This document shows positions 11,449 to 20,364 of a stretch of DNA of 32,000 bases, piece by piece. The notes below the pieces were generated by a model. That model searched no databases, was not told the origin of the DNA, and saw nothing but the letters and a program-made list of their open reading frames with translations. A program made the position numbers and the translations under genes. Position 1 is the first letter of the stretch; every line of letters begins with the position of its first letter. Origin of the DNA: Raphidiopsis brookii D9 (GTDB lineage: Bacteria > Cyanobacteriota > Cyanobacteriia > Cyanobacteriales > Nostocaceae); NCBI GenBank assembly GCA_000175855.1, contig ACYB01000029.1:60001-92000 (forward strand). Reading direction: 5' to 3'.

Positions 11449-11934
11449 TCACTCGGGGGAACGTAAGTAATGAACAATATCAATATTATCACCATGTTTA
11501 GGATCACGCATACCAAAAAAGTTAATGGTATAACTATTTATCCTCAGTCCCGTTTGCAATTCAACTTGGCGAATCAAGTCCAAAGGCAATTCCACGTGTA
11601 CATCAATAACTTCATGATTATCAATACAGCTAACATGACTATGAGCTAGAGTAACACTGCCATATAATCTGCCATGACTATGTTCAATACACTCAATAAT
11701 TCCTTGAGTAGACAGCAATTCCAAATTTTGATAAACAGAAGTATGACCTATTTCCTTACCTTTTCTATTCAGACGATCATAAATCTCCCTAGCTGAGAGA
11801 TGTTCCTTAGATTCCCAAAGTAACTCTAATATAAAGCGACGCTGACGGCTAATTCGCAGACCTAAAAGCTGACAGCGTTCTAAAGCATCTTCCAGGGAAT
11901 AAATCCCCGGTGTAGAAATAACAGGTTTTTGCAT
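11449..11934 (-). CDS. Fur-family transcriptional regulator (FurC/PerR-like by resemblance)
   Basis: 161-aa ORF. The winged-helix part reads RISRQRRFILELLWESKEHLSAREIYDRL...GHTSVYQNLELL, followed by His-rich metal-site motifs HSHGRLYG and HSHVSC. No CxxC pairs are present. The subfamily call is tentative. Confidence 0.75.
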   Translation of the reverse strand: MQKPVISTPGIYSLEDALERCQLLGLRISRQRRFILELLWESKEHLSAREIYDRLNRKGKEIGHTSVYQNLELLSTQGIIECIEHSHGRLYGSVTLAHSHVSCIDNHEVIDVHVELPLDLIRQVELQTGLRINSYTINFFGMRDPKHGDNIDIVHYLRSPE

Positions 11935-12091
11935 ATTTTTAGGTTTAAATGTATGAATATGGCTTTAGTTGGAACTGGCTTTGCTCCATTTGATCTTCCC
12001 CCCCTCACTAGGAATCGGCAAATTGCTGGCATTAGGAAATGAAAACTGCTACCATTGATGTAGAAGTACAGATCAATAAGCTAACAGGTCA

Positions 12092-12571
12092 ATGACAATC
12101 AGCATTCAGGTAGGTCGGGATTCCATCAATAACTTAGATTTATCACCCGCACTAAAAGTAATTGAATCAATTCTCCCAAAGGAGTCAATCATATCCCAGG
12201 AGCAGCAACTGCGCTTTGATATTGACTACCCAAGACAAGACAACGATCCCAGAGAAATTTCAGAAATTCCAGAGATCCGACTATGGTTTGTGCGATTAGA
12301 TGCCCAATATCCATGGCTACCATTTTTACTAGACTGGAAATCTGGCGAGCTAGGACTTTATACGGCCATGCTAGTACCTCACGAATTTCATAAGAAAGAA
12401 GGTATACAATATAACCCTGAAGCTCTAGAAATTTTCTTGATGCACAAAATTTTTATTTTGAGTAACTGGTTAAAGCAGAATCAGATACCTGCTAGGTTCC
12501 GTTTAAAATCTCTAGCGCAAATGTTAGGCTATGAATTAGAAGATGGTTTTTTTGAGATGATCGATAGTTAG
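12092..12571 (+). CDS. CRR6-like (NDH-1 NdhI maturation factor family) protein
   Basis: 159-aa ORF with DPREISEIPEIRLWFVRLDAQYPWLPFLLDWKSGEL and MLVPHEF blocks. I recognise these as the cyanobacterial/plastid CRR6 family from memory, not from a search. Confidence 0.55.
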   Translation: MTISIQVGRDSINNLDLSPALKVIESILPKESIISQEQQLRFDIDYPRQDNDPREISEIPEIRLWFVRLDAQYPWLPFLLDWKSGELGLYTAMLVPHEFHKKEGIQYNPEALEIFLMHKIFILSNWLKQNQIPARFRLKSLAQMLGYELEDGFFEMIDS

Positions 12572-12813
12572 GAGGATTTAGCTATTAACTACCACTATAA
12601 TAACAAAAATACAAAGATAATAGGAAAAATTTCGTCCCCCTTCCCTACCTAACCACCGCCTGTAAAAGTCTACGCATATCTAAGCAATAATGCTCAAATC
12701 GATATAGAGGAAAGTTAGCGATTTATCTTCCAAGAAATCGTTCTTAATACTTACGTTTGCTCTGGGCAGATTGCTCTAACCATTGCTTGACCAAAAACTC
12801 CCAGTTAGAGCTA

Positions 12814-13767
12814 CTAGCCCCAAATTGTTTTTAAAACAGTTGCTGGTGGAATATCAGCTGTTTTACCGGTGGGGGATTTAATAGCTAAGAACTTGTCATT
12901 AACAGGCAGTAACTTATTTGAATCCGCAGAGCTTAGTAAGGCAATAGTATAGGTTTGTATAGCTATGGCTAATTGTAAAGGAGAACCATTAACAGTAACC
13001 ATTAAACTGGCACTACCGATAATAGCAGCCAATTTACCAATGTCGGGAACAGGAATAACCTTAATGTCAGGGAAGGATTCTACTAAAGAAGGGACAAAAT
13101 AGTCATCACCCTGTTCCTTAACGACTAGGATGGGTAAATCTGGCTGTTTTTGCTGACATTCTCCAATAATTTGCTGCCAACTATCTATAGGGTAGATATT
13201 GTCGTCGGGTTCTGAAGATAACTCGCCATAACCACCATAAATCAAAATGTAGCCTGTTTCACCAATACCTAATCGTTTTTGCTGCTGTTTAGCCCACTCC
13301 ACATCTGGTTTGACCAAGTTGATGGCTAGGGGTGGACAAGATGTGTTAATGCCTAAAGGCCGTAATAGATCATGGTAGATATGAGATATGTATTGGGAAG
13401 TGTTGGGAGAAATGACATGGGTAAGAAAATTGGCCCCACTACCCTCAAAGCCAATACGGGTAGGAATACCACTCAACCAAAGAAACAAACCAACAAACCA
13501 ACTTTCTCTCGCAGTAATAGCTACGTCATACTCACGGTCGCGGATTGTTCCCAACAGGTTGCTCCAATCTGCTAAACTATTACGGTCTTTGTAATCAAAG
13601 GAAAATACCTCGTGAACAGACTTGTTCACCTGGTAAGCAACCTTTGATCTAGGTTCCACAATCACATCTATCCAGGCATCGGGATAAGAACGCTGTAGAG
13701 AGTCTAAAGTAGGAAAGAAAAGAATCTGATCGGCAATGGAACCAGGTACAAGGGCTACTACTCGCAT
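12814..13767 (-). CDS. Glycosyltransferase family 9 (heptosyltransferase-like)
   Basis: 317-aa ORF. The N-terminus MRVVALVPGSIADQILFFPTLDSL and the overall two-Rossmann-lobe layout are typical of GT9. Confidence 0.7.
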   Translation of the reverse strand: MRVVALVPGSIADQILFFPTLDSLQRSYPDAWIDVIVEPRSKVAYQVNKSVHEVFSFDYKDRNSLADWSNLLGTIRDREYDVAITARESWFVGLFLWLSGIPTRIGFEGSGANFLTHVISPNTSQYISHIYHDLLRPLGINTSCPPLAINLVKPDVEWAKQQQKRLGIGETGYILIYGGYGELSSEPDDNIYPIDSWQQIIGECQQKQPDLPILVVKEQGDDYFVPSLVESFPDIKVIPVPDIGKLAAIIGSASLMVTVNGSPLQLAIAIQTYTIALLSSADSNKLLPVNDKFLAIKSPTGKTADIPPATVLKTIWG

Positions 13768-13868
13768 AAATAATATATTTATTGAGGCTTATCGTTACTA
13801 TTTTATCGAAATCGGGCTCAGAAAATTCCTTTTCTCAAGTCTTATTAGTAGTAAAATCGAGGAAAACA

Positions 13869-14546
13869 GTGTATTTATTAATTCCAGCCGCCGGTAGCGG
13901 CAAAAGAATGGGTGCTAATCGCAACAAACTGCTATTAAAGGTTCACTCTCAGTCTATTATCGCTTGGACCTTATTGTCCGCAGAAGCTGCCAGCCATATT
14001 CATTGGATCGGGATTATTTCTCAACCTTCAGAATGGCACGAATTTAAAGCTATTGTGTCTGGTCTAGCTATGACTAAACCTGTGGAGTTTATTCCTGGCG
14101 GTACTACTAGACAAGAATCTGTTTTTAATGGATTACAAGCATTGCCATCAAAGGCTAGGGAAGTGCTGATTCACGATGGAGCACGCTGTTTAGCAACACC
14201 AGAATTATTTAATGCCTGTGCGATCGCTATTCTCAATTGCCCAGGACTGATTGCTGCAGTACCGGTAAAAGATACTATCAAGGTGGTGGGTGAAAGTGGT
14301 ATAATTGAGTCCACACCACAACGGGAAAGGCTTTGGGCGGCTCAAACCCCCCAAGGTTTCAATGTGCAGTTGTTAAAACAATGTCATGCGGAAGGAGTCC
14401 GTCAAGGATGGGAGGTAACCGATGATGCAGCCTTATTTGAAAAGTGTGGCATCCAGGTACGCATAGTCCCAGGTGAAGAAACCAACCTAAAACTCACAAC
14501 TCCCCAAGATTTAGCGATCGCTGAATTGATCCTCAGTCTCAGATGA
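13869..14546 (+). CDS. ispD: 2-C-methyl-D-erythritol 4-phosphate cytidylyltransferase
   Basis: Has the IPAAGSGKRMG P-loop-like motif, VLIHDGARC and TDDAALFE. Start placed at the in-frame GTG 13869 immediately before the conserved N-terminus. The longest ORF starts at 13782 with a non-conserved-looking extension. Confidence 0.85.
   Translation: MYLLIPAAGSGKRMGANRNKLLLKVHSQSIIAWTLLSAEAASHIHWIGIISQPSEWHEFKAIVSGLAMTKPVEFIPGGTTRQESVFNGLQALPSKAREVLIHDGARCLATPELFNACAIAILNCPGLIAAVPVKDTIKVVGESGIIESTPQRERLWAAQTPQGFNVQLLKQCHAEGVRQGWEVTDDAALFEKCGIQVRIVPGEETNLKLTTPQDLAIAELILSLR
14514..14521. repeat. HIP1 octamer GCGATCGC (representative copy of a dispersed family)
   Basis: Exact copies read by eye start at 2520, 3507, 3951, 6322, 7656, 8815, 9297, 9812, 11374, 14220, 14514, 14679, 14864, 15691, 17294, 19866, 24308, 28025 and 31405. 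The count is a minimum. Confidence 0.9.
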
Positions 14547-14578
14547 TTGCCCTCCATATCAACAGCAAATCTCCCAAC

Positions 14579-15088
14579 ATGTTCCAAGAAAATATATCTA
14601 TAGCCCTAAAAATAGAAGCAGTTTTATACTTAAAGGGTCAATCCTTGTCCTTGAGTGAAATTGCTGAATATGTAGGATGCGATCGCTACACAATTGAAGA
14701 AGGGATAATAGAATTAATGGACAATTATGCCCGTAGGGAAAGTGCCCTAGAAATTGTAGAAACAGAAGGTAGTTATAGTTTACAACTAAGAGCAGACTTT
14801 CAAGATTTAGTACAAACCCTAATACCGGTGGAGTTGGGAGTCGGGTCCTTACGAACATTAGCAGCGATCGCCTTAAATAGTCCTATTTTACAAACCGACT
14901 TAATTAATTTACGAGGGTCCAGTGCATATCCCCATGTTGCTGAACTGGTAGAGTTAGGATTTATTCGCAAAAAAAAGGATCCCAATTCCCGATCTTACTC
15001 ACTACAGGTAACATCAAAATTCCATCAATATTTCCAGATAGACGAACTACCCATAGAGCAGGAGAAAATCAAGAGAAAGGAAATTTAA
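14579..15088 (+). CDS. scpB: Segregation and condensation protein B
   Basis: Two tandem winged-helix halves: LKIEAVLYLKGQSLSLSEIAEYVG... and SLRTLAAIALNSPILQTDLINLRG...VAELVELGFI. Start set at Met13 (MFQEN). The longest ORF starts at 14543 and overlaps the ispD stop. Confidence 0.8.
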   Translation: MFQENISIALKIEAVLYLKGQSLSLSEIAEYVGCDRYTIEEGIIELMDNYARRESALEIVETEGSYSLQLRADFQDLVQTLIPVELGVGSLRTLAAIALNSPILQTDLINLRGSSAYPHVAELVELGFIRKKKDPNSRSYSLQVTSKFHQYFQIDELPIEQEKIKRKEI

Positions 15089-15168
15089 AAGGTTTCTCAC
15101 CTGGGCTACCCTTTTTCTTGCACTATGAGCTAAAGTAGGATTAGCAACTAAGGTAAGAAGAATTGCCA

Positions 15169-15513
15169 ATGGTGTTTGATCCTGACTTTTTGAATGACAA
15201 CTCTGAGGAACACGGTAATCAGGTTCTGAACGATCAATTTGGGGAAAATCCAAACCAACTATTAAAATATTTACAGCATCAATCTCCTGACGTTCTAGCC
15301 CGTGTTGCCCAGTCCGTCACGCCGGAAATCAAACAGATTATCTCCCAAAATGTGCAAGGTTTGGTAGGAATGCTACCACCAGACCATTTTAATATCCAAA
15401 TTACTACGGATAGGGATAATTTGGCTGGACTTTTAGCATCAGCCATGATGACTGGTTACTTTCTCAGACAGATGGAACAAAGAATGGAGTTGGACTACCT
15501 ATCTAACCAATAG
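15169..15513 (+). CDS. DUF760-family protein
   Basis: Approx 114-aa ORF with LLKYLQ...SPD...I...NVQGLVGMLPP..F...I.T.R..LA.LL.SAMMTGYFLR..EQR, the DUF760 pattern. ATG at 15169 preferred over the TTG at 15163. Confidence 0.65.
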   Translation: MVFDPDFLNDNSEEHGNQVLNDQFGENPNQLLKYLQHQSPDVLARVAQSVTPEIKQIISQNVQGLVGMLPPDHFNIQITTDRDNLAGLLASAMMTGYFLRQMEQRMELDYLSNQ

Positions 15514-15517
15514 AAAG

Positions 15518-15568
15518 AAAAAAGGGGGAACCGGATCTTAACCTATCCCCGCTTTTTTCCTTTTTTTT
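15518..15568. terminator. Bidirectional intrinsic terminator between DUF760 gene and cyclophilin gene
   Basis: aaaaaaggggg (15518-15528) pairs with ccccgctttttt (15547-15558), with one bulged base. An A-tract lies upstream, and T6 plus T8 tracts lie downstream. The element sits between convergent stops at 15513 and 15643. Confidence 0.55.
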
Positions 15569-15642
15569 GCTCTCCTAATGGGAGGGAGTCTCTTTTTAAT
15601 TTTTTGGCTGTGACAAGAAGCGATTATCTGGTAGTCAAAAGT

Positions 15643-16212
15643 TTACTGACGGAAAACTTCTACACTATCCAGAGTCACATCTTGGTTAGGGCGATCGCGT
15701 GTGGTAGAAACATTAGCGATCCTGTTAACCACATCCATACCATAAACTACATGACCAAAAACACTGTGTCTTCGATCTAAATGGGGAGTTGGTCCTTCGG
15801 TAATAAACCACTGAGAACCATTAGTGCCAGGTCCTGCATTAGCCATGGATAAAATGCCCGGTGCATCATGCTTTAAATCGGGATGAAATTCATCAGGGAA
15901 TTTATATCCAGGACCACCGGTGCCCCAACGACGAGCCAAATCGGGATAGAGGGTGAGAGGGTCTCCACATTGAATCATAAAACCAGGAATCACACGGTGA
16001 AACCTGACACCGCTATAAGCGGAGGTTCCTTGCATAGATTTGCCAGTTTGTGGGTCTTTCCAGTCAATTGCTCCGGTTGCTAGACCAACAAAGTTTTTAA
16101 CGGTGTTGGGGGCACGCTCTTCTTCTAGTCTCACCACAATTTTACCCAGAGAAGTATTTAGGTTGGCGTGAAGTTTTCCCTCACCGGTGATATTAATTTC
16201 TGGAAAGTTCAT
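15643..16212 (-). CDS. Peptidyl-prolyl cis-trans isomerase, cyclophilin type
   Basis: 189-aa ORF with [33 protein letters not shown] and HSVFGHVV motifs. Confidence 0.9.
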   Translation of the reverse strand: MNFPEINITGEGKLHANLNTSLGKIVVRLEEERAPNTVKNFVGLATGAIDWKDPQTGKSMQGTSAYSGVRFHRVIPGFMIQCGDPLTLYPDLARRWGTGGPGYKFPDEFHPDLKHDAPGILSMANAGPGTNGSQWFITEGPTPHLDRRHSVFGHVVYGMDVVNRIANVSTTRDRPNQDVTLDSVEVFRQ

Positions 16213-16244
16213 TACTTATCCTGCTTTTCAAACTGTCTTAGCTA

Positions 16245-16733
16245 TTATATCTCATTATTCAACCCGTTCAAACCCCAAGTTTCATCCAATAACTCTTCTA
16301 GGTTCCCTAGGGGAGCAAGGGGGATTGTTTCCGTAGAAAGACTAGCTTGGGTGAGGACAATTTTTCTAGCATCTGCGTAAGATTGCTCAATTATCTGTTC
16401 TAAATATGACCTTAAGCTGGGACTATCTTCCAACTCTTGTGTGATTTGCTGGCGGAAATTGAGAATTTCTGATTTCCAGTGGTTAGCATTTCTTTCCACT
16501 TCCGTTTGCCAATATTTGAGCTTGAGCAAATGCTCAATAAGCCGTTTTAAGAGATTTTGCACTTTTCTCTTTTGTCTTCTACTCAGATCGAACACTTCCT
16601 CAATTAAATTATCCCAATCTAGGGAAGAGAGATTTCTATCTTGTAACTGTTTAACAGTTTCCAATATCCATAAATGGTAATCATCATTATACAAACTTCC
16701 AGTAGTTCTTTCCACCTCAACCATAGGTTCCAC
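16245..16733 (-). CDS. DUF29-family protein
   Basis: 162-aa ORF with LYNDDYHLWILETVKQLQDRN...LDWDNLIEEV.DL.RRQKRKV.NLL.RLIEHLLKLKYW, the signature of the DUF29 family that is expanded in cyanobacteria. The start could be Met4. Confidence 0.75.
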   Translation of the reverse strand: MEPMVEVERTTGSLYNDDYHLWILETVKQLQDRNLSSLDWDNLIEEVFDLSRRQKRKVQNLLKRLIEHLLKLKYWQTEVERNANHWKSEILNFRQQITQELEDSPSLRSYLEQIIEQSYADARKIVLTQASLSTETIPLAPLGNLEELLDETWGLNGLNNEI

Positions 16734-16791
16734 CTCACTGATATGATCCCAGTCGACCTTAACCTAGCATAACCCGAAATATTAGCACAAC

Positions 16792-16816
16792 AAAAAGACC
16801 AGCTTCCCACAGCTGG
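16792..16816 (-). terminator. Rho-independent terminator (minus strand)
   Basis: On the minus strand: ccagct-gtggga-agctgg (16816-16799) followed by tcttttt (16798-16792). It lies about 195 nt downstream of the stop of the AlbA_2 gene. Confidence 0.5.
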
Positions 16817-17011
16817 CCTCAAGAATGTTGTTCGTTTTGTCTTCTTAGTAGAGTCAAACCAAATTGCACGCGTCTAATATACAATGAGCAATGGTTAAAC
16901 TGAACCGTTCGACCCAGTCAAAGATGTATTTCCCCGACTTTCTGTCATCAAGAATTGTAACAGAAGAACTGTAACAGTCGGTACAGATTTTGGAAACCGG
17001 TAAGAAATTAG

Positions 17012-18208
17012 TTAGTCCTCGTCGCGCGCATAAAATTTTGATGTAGCATCTATATGCTCTGTTTTATAGATAGTTGTTTTTAAAAATGCGTTGGTACTCT
17101 CAAAGTTAGGTGGGAGAAGGTTTTGAGAACGATAAAATTTGATGATTTTAAATAGTCCCCTCCCCAATCTATCCATTAGACCATAATCTTTGAGCATTTG
17201 GGCAATCAGAGGATTGCGATAATAGGAAATTCCAGCCAAAGCTCTCTCTAAGTTCAGGGTGTTGGGTAAACTACCAGGGGAAAATATTTCCAGGCGATCG
17301 CCAAATAAAGACAGACGAATACGTTGACCGAAAAGAGACCAGTCTCGGTGGGCAAAAGCATTAACTAGTAATTCTCTAATGACAAATGGTTGATAGTCAG
17401 GTAGGTCATAACGACGGGTTTCTTCTGGGTTAAAAATAGGAAGATGACGAGAATTTCTTCTGACAAAGGATTCGCTAACTTCTATAGCTTCAGGAATGGT
17501 TTCGGTCAAGGTTAAACTATCAATTATGGGGGAGCTAATATCATTACCACTAAAGGCATTTAATTCAATTCCTGCTTGTGGTAATATTCTGGCTACTTGT
17601 CTAGAAAAAAAAAGACTTCCCGCAATGGTCAATCTTTCTTGTTCATCGATTATTTGTAGGTTATACCAGGTACGTGGGTTGTTCTCCTCCGCTGATAAAT
17701 CTCTCATTTTTTGACAATAGTAACCTAGTCTTAATGGTTCTAGATCTATTATTCCCGTTCCCAGTAAGGAGGAAATCTCAAAGTGAAATTGTCCGCCATC
17801 TTGTAATAATCTGACCAATTCTTCTTGAGTTGGCTCAATGGCTACCGTACCCGCTCTAATATAATAGCGATTTAGGGATTTTACTTTATAGGGTTTGCAG
17901 ATACCTTTTTCAATTTCTATAACCACAATATATTTATCTTGATGAGGAATTGATACCAATTCGGGAATTAATGGTGGTTGAATGTTGTTGCGGCAAATTT
18001 GAATGATTCTCTCCATCAAGTCCTGAGAATTTTCTACTCCTGAAATTTCGCCGTTATCTTCCACCCCCACGAATATTGTCCCTCCCTTTATATTAGCAAA
18101 TGCCACAATTTCTTTGGCCAAACTTTCATTGCGAAAGCCACCAGATTTAAACTCTACACGGGAATTTTCTCCCAGTTTAATTAGATCTAAAAACCTACTA
18201 ATAGACAT
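17012..18208 (-). CDS. AlbA_2 (Schlafen-like) domain protein with C-terminal HATPase_c_4-like region (COG2865-type)
   Basis: 398-aa ORF. The N-terminus GENSRVEFKSGG...LAKEIVAFANIKGGTIFVGVEDNGEISGV is the AlbA_2/divergent-AAA signature. The C-terminal RELLVNAFAHRDW...IFSPGSLP...RNPLIAQML...GRG matches the ATPase-like module usually fused to it. No terminal HTH is evident. Confidence 0.7.
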   Translation of the reverse strand: MSISRFLDLIKLGENSRVEFKSGGFRNESLAKEIVAFANIKGGTIFVGVEDNGEISGVENSQDLMERIIQICRNNIQPPLIPELVSIPHQDKYIVVIEIEKGICKPYKVKSLNRYYIRAGTVAIEPTQEELVRLLQDGGQFHFEISSLLGTGIIDLEPLRLGYYCQKMRDLSAEENNPRTWYNLQIIDEQERLTIAGSLFFSRQVARILPQAGIELNAFSGNDISSPIIDSLTLTETIPEAIEVSESFVRRNSRHLPIFNPEETRRYDLPDYQPFVIRELLVNAFAHRDWSLFGQRIRLSLFGDRLEIFSPGSLPNTLNLERALAGISYYRNPLIAQMLKDYGLMDRLGRGLFKIIKFYRSQNLLPPNFESTNAFLKTTIYKTEHIDATSKFYARDED

Positions 18209-18212
18209 ACTT

Positions 18213-19964
18213 CTATACTCCCTGCTGCAAGTGATTAATTACCTGACTAATTTTCCCTGGGTTACCCCATATAATTTTTTCTTGCTTATAAATTACTAGT
18301 CCTGGCTTGGCACCTTTGGGTTTATATACTCTATTGGGTCGAGTATACACTACGGGAACCTGTTCACTATGACGAGCGCGACTAAAATAGGCTGCTATGT
18401 TGGCTGTATATTGTAAATCCGCTTCTTCAGGAACTGTGCCAGGTGGCAATCTCAATAAAACATGACTTCCGGGTATTTCCTGCGCGTGAAACCACAGGTC
18501 ATAATCCCCTGCTACTCTAAATGTTAAATAATCATTCTGATGATTATTACGACCAATTAAAATTTCTAACCCGCTGGGGGTGCAATAATGGTGAAAATTA
18601 TGGCTGACTGTTTCACTCTGACTGGGACGACGATATTCTAATTCCTCTAAGTACTTTTGTTCTATTAGTTCGTCTCTAATTTCTTCTATTGCTTCTAAAT
18701 CTTGTTTTGTTTGATAATTATCTATTTGATTAGTAGCAGCTTCTACTTGCTCTAGATACTCTATTTCTCTATTTACTTCTAATAGTAAAGGATATACTGC
18801 ATTTCGCGCGCGTTTCAATTTCTGATGTTGTTTATAAAACCGTTGGGCATTTTGTACGGCATTTTTGTCTGCTTCCAGGACAATCCTCTGGGGTTGATCT
18901 GTCTCAAAGTCCGGAAGGATAATTTCTGTCATACCTGGTTGCAATTGATGCAAATGTGCCATTAACAAATCAGCCTGCTGTTTGTACTTATCCGCATCCT
19001 CGGACTGTTCTAACCTATCCTTAAACGCTTGGGCTTTAGTATTTAATTTACCAAGAATATTTTGCAATTTCTGGGTCAGTTGATGGCGCAGGTGATAAAA
19101 TACCTGTTGATTAAGCTGCTGCGTATAATATTGATTAATGAGTTCTTGAATGTTGTCAACAGATTGGATTTCACCCCACCCCATAACAGTATAACCTTGT
19201 TTCGTCCACGCCGGCTTAAAATCACCCTCCTCTAGTCTCCGTAACCACTCTTGCCATCTAGCAAATAGTCTATACCAGTCTTGATTAGTTAAACTGGTAG
19301 TGCTAGTTTCAGGAGATATGTGGGCTACTAATAACAGGGAATCCAATAATGCAGAGCTAACCCCACTATAACTTTTCAATATTTGCTTTTTAATACTTCC
19401 CGGGACTAAGCTTACCCTTTCTTGCCATCTAGCTTCAGTTTCTGTTAAAGTTGGTATGGTACCCGTAAGTTTGGGCGGAATTTCGTAGGGTTGACCGGTT
19501 TGAATGGGACGAACACTAGATTGTTGTTGACTCACCTGATGAGCAGCAGTAATGATTTCATTTTTAGCATCTGTAAGAATAACATTACTGTACTTACCCA
19601 TAATTTCCACATACAAATGATAAAGGGGAGCTTCTCCTGGACGACGGGCAAATTTTAGGTCTATTACCCTTTCCCAAGGGGCGATAAAGTCCATAGCTAC
19701 TAGTGCTAGACCCCCTAATTGATGTACAAGCTGGTGGCTAAAGGTAAAAGTATCGGGAATACGTGGCGGTGGTTCGCCGATGCAAATACGCGTAGCTTGC
19801 GGATGCCATGATATATCTAGCCAGTCCCGCTTTTTCATGGTCCGCAGGCCTAAAGATATAGTGTAGCGATCGCGCTGGTAGACTTGTTCAGTGCGCGCTG
19901 GTAGCCAGTTAGTCCGGAGTTGGCTGCAGATGGCGGTGAGGGTAGTGAAGTCGAGGGGTTGCAA
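18213..19964 (-). CDS. rqcH: NFACT-family ribosome quality-control protein (RqcH / FbpA-like)
   Basis: 583-aa ORF with an N-terminal NFACT-N region (WLPARTEQVYQRDRYTISLGLRT), a central coiled coil, and a C-terminal NFACT-R/DUF814 region (GRNNHQNDYLTF...DLWFHAQEIPGSHVLLR). Confidence 0.85.
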   Translation of the reverse strand: MQPLDFTTLTAICSQLRTNWLPARTEQVYQRDRYTISLGLRTMKKRDWLDISWHPQATRICIGEPPPRIPDTFTFSHQLVHQLGGLALVAMDFIAPWERVIDLKFARRPGEAPLYHLYVEIMGKYSNVILTDAKNEIITAAHQVSQQQSSVRPIQTGQPYEIPPKLTGTIPTLTETEARWQERVSLVPGSIKKQILKSYSGVSSALLDSLLLVAHISPETSTTSLTNQDWYRLFARWQEWLRRLEEGDFKPAWTKQGYTVMGWGEIQSVDNIQELINQYYTQQLNQQVFYHLRHQLTQKLQNILGKLNTKAQAFKDRLEQSEDADKYKQQADLLMAHLHQLQPGMTEIILPDFETDQPQRIVLEADKNAVQNAQRFYKQHQKLKRARNAVYPLLLEVNREIEYLEQVEAATNQIDNYQTKQDLEAIEEIRDELIEQKYLEELEYRRPSQSETVSHNFHHYCTPSGLEILIGRNNHQNDYLTFRVAGDYDLWFHAQEIPGSHVLLRLPPGTVPEEADLQYTANIAAYFSRARHSEQVPVVYTRPNRVYKPKGAKPGLVIYKQEKIIWGNPGKISQVINHLQQGV

Positions 19965-20001
19965 GATAGTTAGAGAAGGTGCGGGAGAAACTGGATAAGG
20001 A

Positions 20002-20274
20002 TTATTCCCAGGGTGAGGGAATAGCAGTAGTGGATAAGATTTTACTGGCCATCAGTCTAATTCCAGTCTTACCACAATTAGGACAGGGTACTTCTAAGAA
20101 CTGTGAGGATGTGATATCCACCTCACTCAAAATCCCTTGTTTACAATGCCAGCATTCAAATATGACCCTACTAACCGGTTGGTTACAATCCAGTACTTTA
20201 ATATGTTGTGAAGGGGTTGGCTGGTTTGATATCTTTCTCGGCTTAGGCAGTTGTCTGATTTCTCGAGTTTCCAT
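20002..20274 (-). CDS. Hypothetical small zinc-ribbon protein
   Basis: 90-aa ORF with CWHC-x19-CPNC (two CxxC knuckles). It is co-directional with the RRM gene upstream and rqcH 37 nt downstream. No SD, and two competing ORFs overlap it, so coding status is uncertain. Confidence 0.35.
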   Translation of the reverse strand: METREIRQLPKPRKISNQPTPSQHIKVLDCNQPVSRVIFECWHCKQGILSEVDITSSQFLEVPCPNCGKTGIRLMASKILSTTAIPSPWE

Positions 20275-20364
20275 GTTTTTGTTCTTGCTATACCGTAACT
20301 GGTACTTAGCGTACCAATGTAATTAACTCCTTTGACAATCCTCCCCATTTCCCAAGGATCAATG

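Noticed and set aside
19979-20348. 115-aa plus-strand ORF (19979-20326) and 73-aa minus-strand ORF (20127-20348) as alternatives to the zinc-ribbon ORF
   Set aside because: They have no motifs, are Cys/Leu-rich with odd composition, and the plus-strand ORF runs against the direction of the whole surrounding cluster. The zinc-ribbon ORF is the only one with a structural signature, and even that is low confidence.
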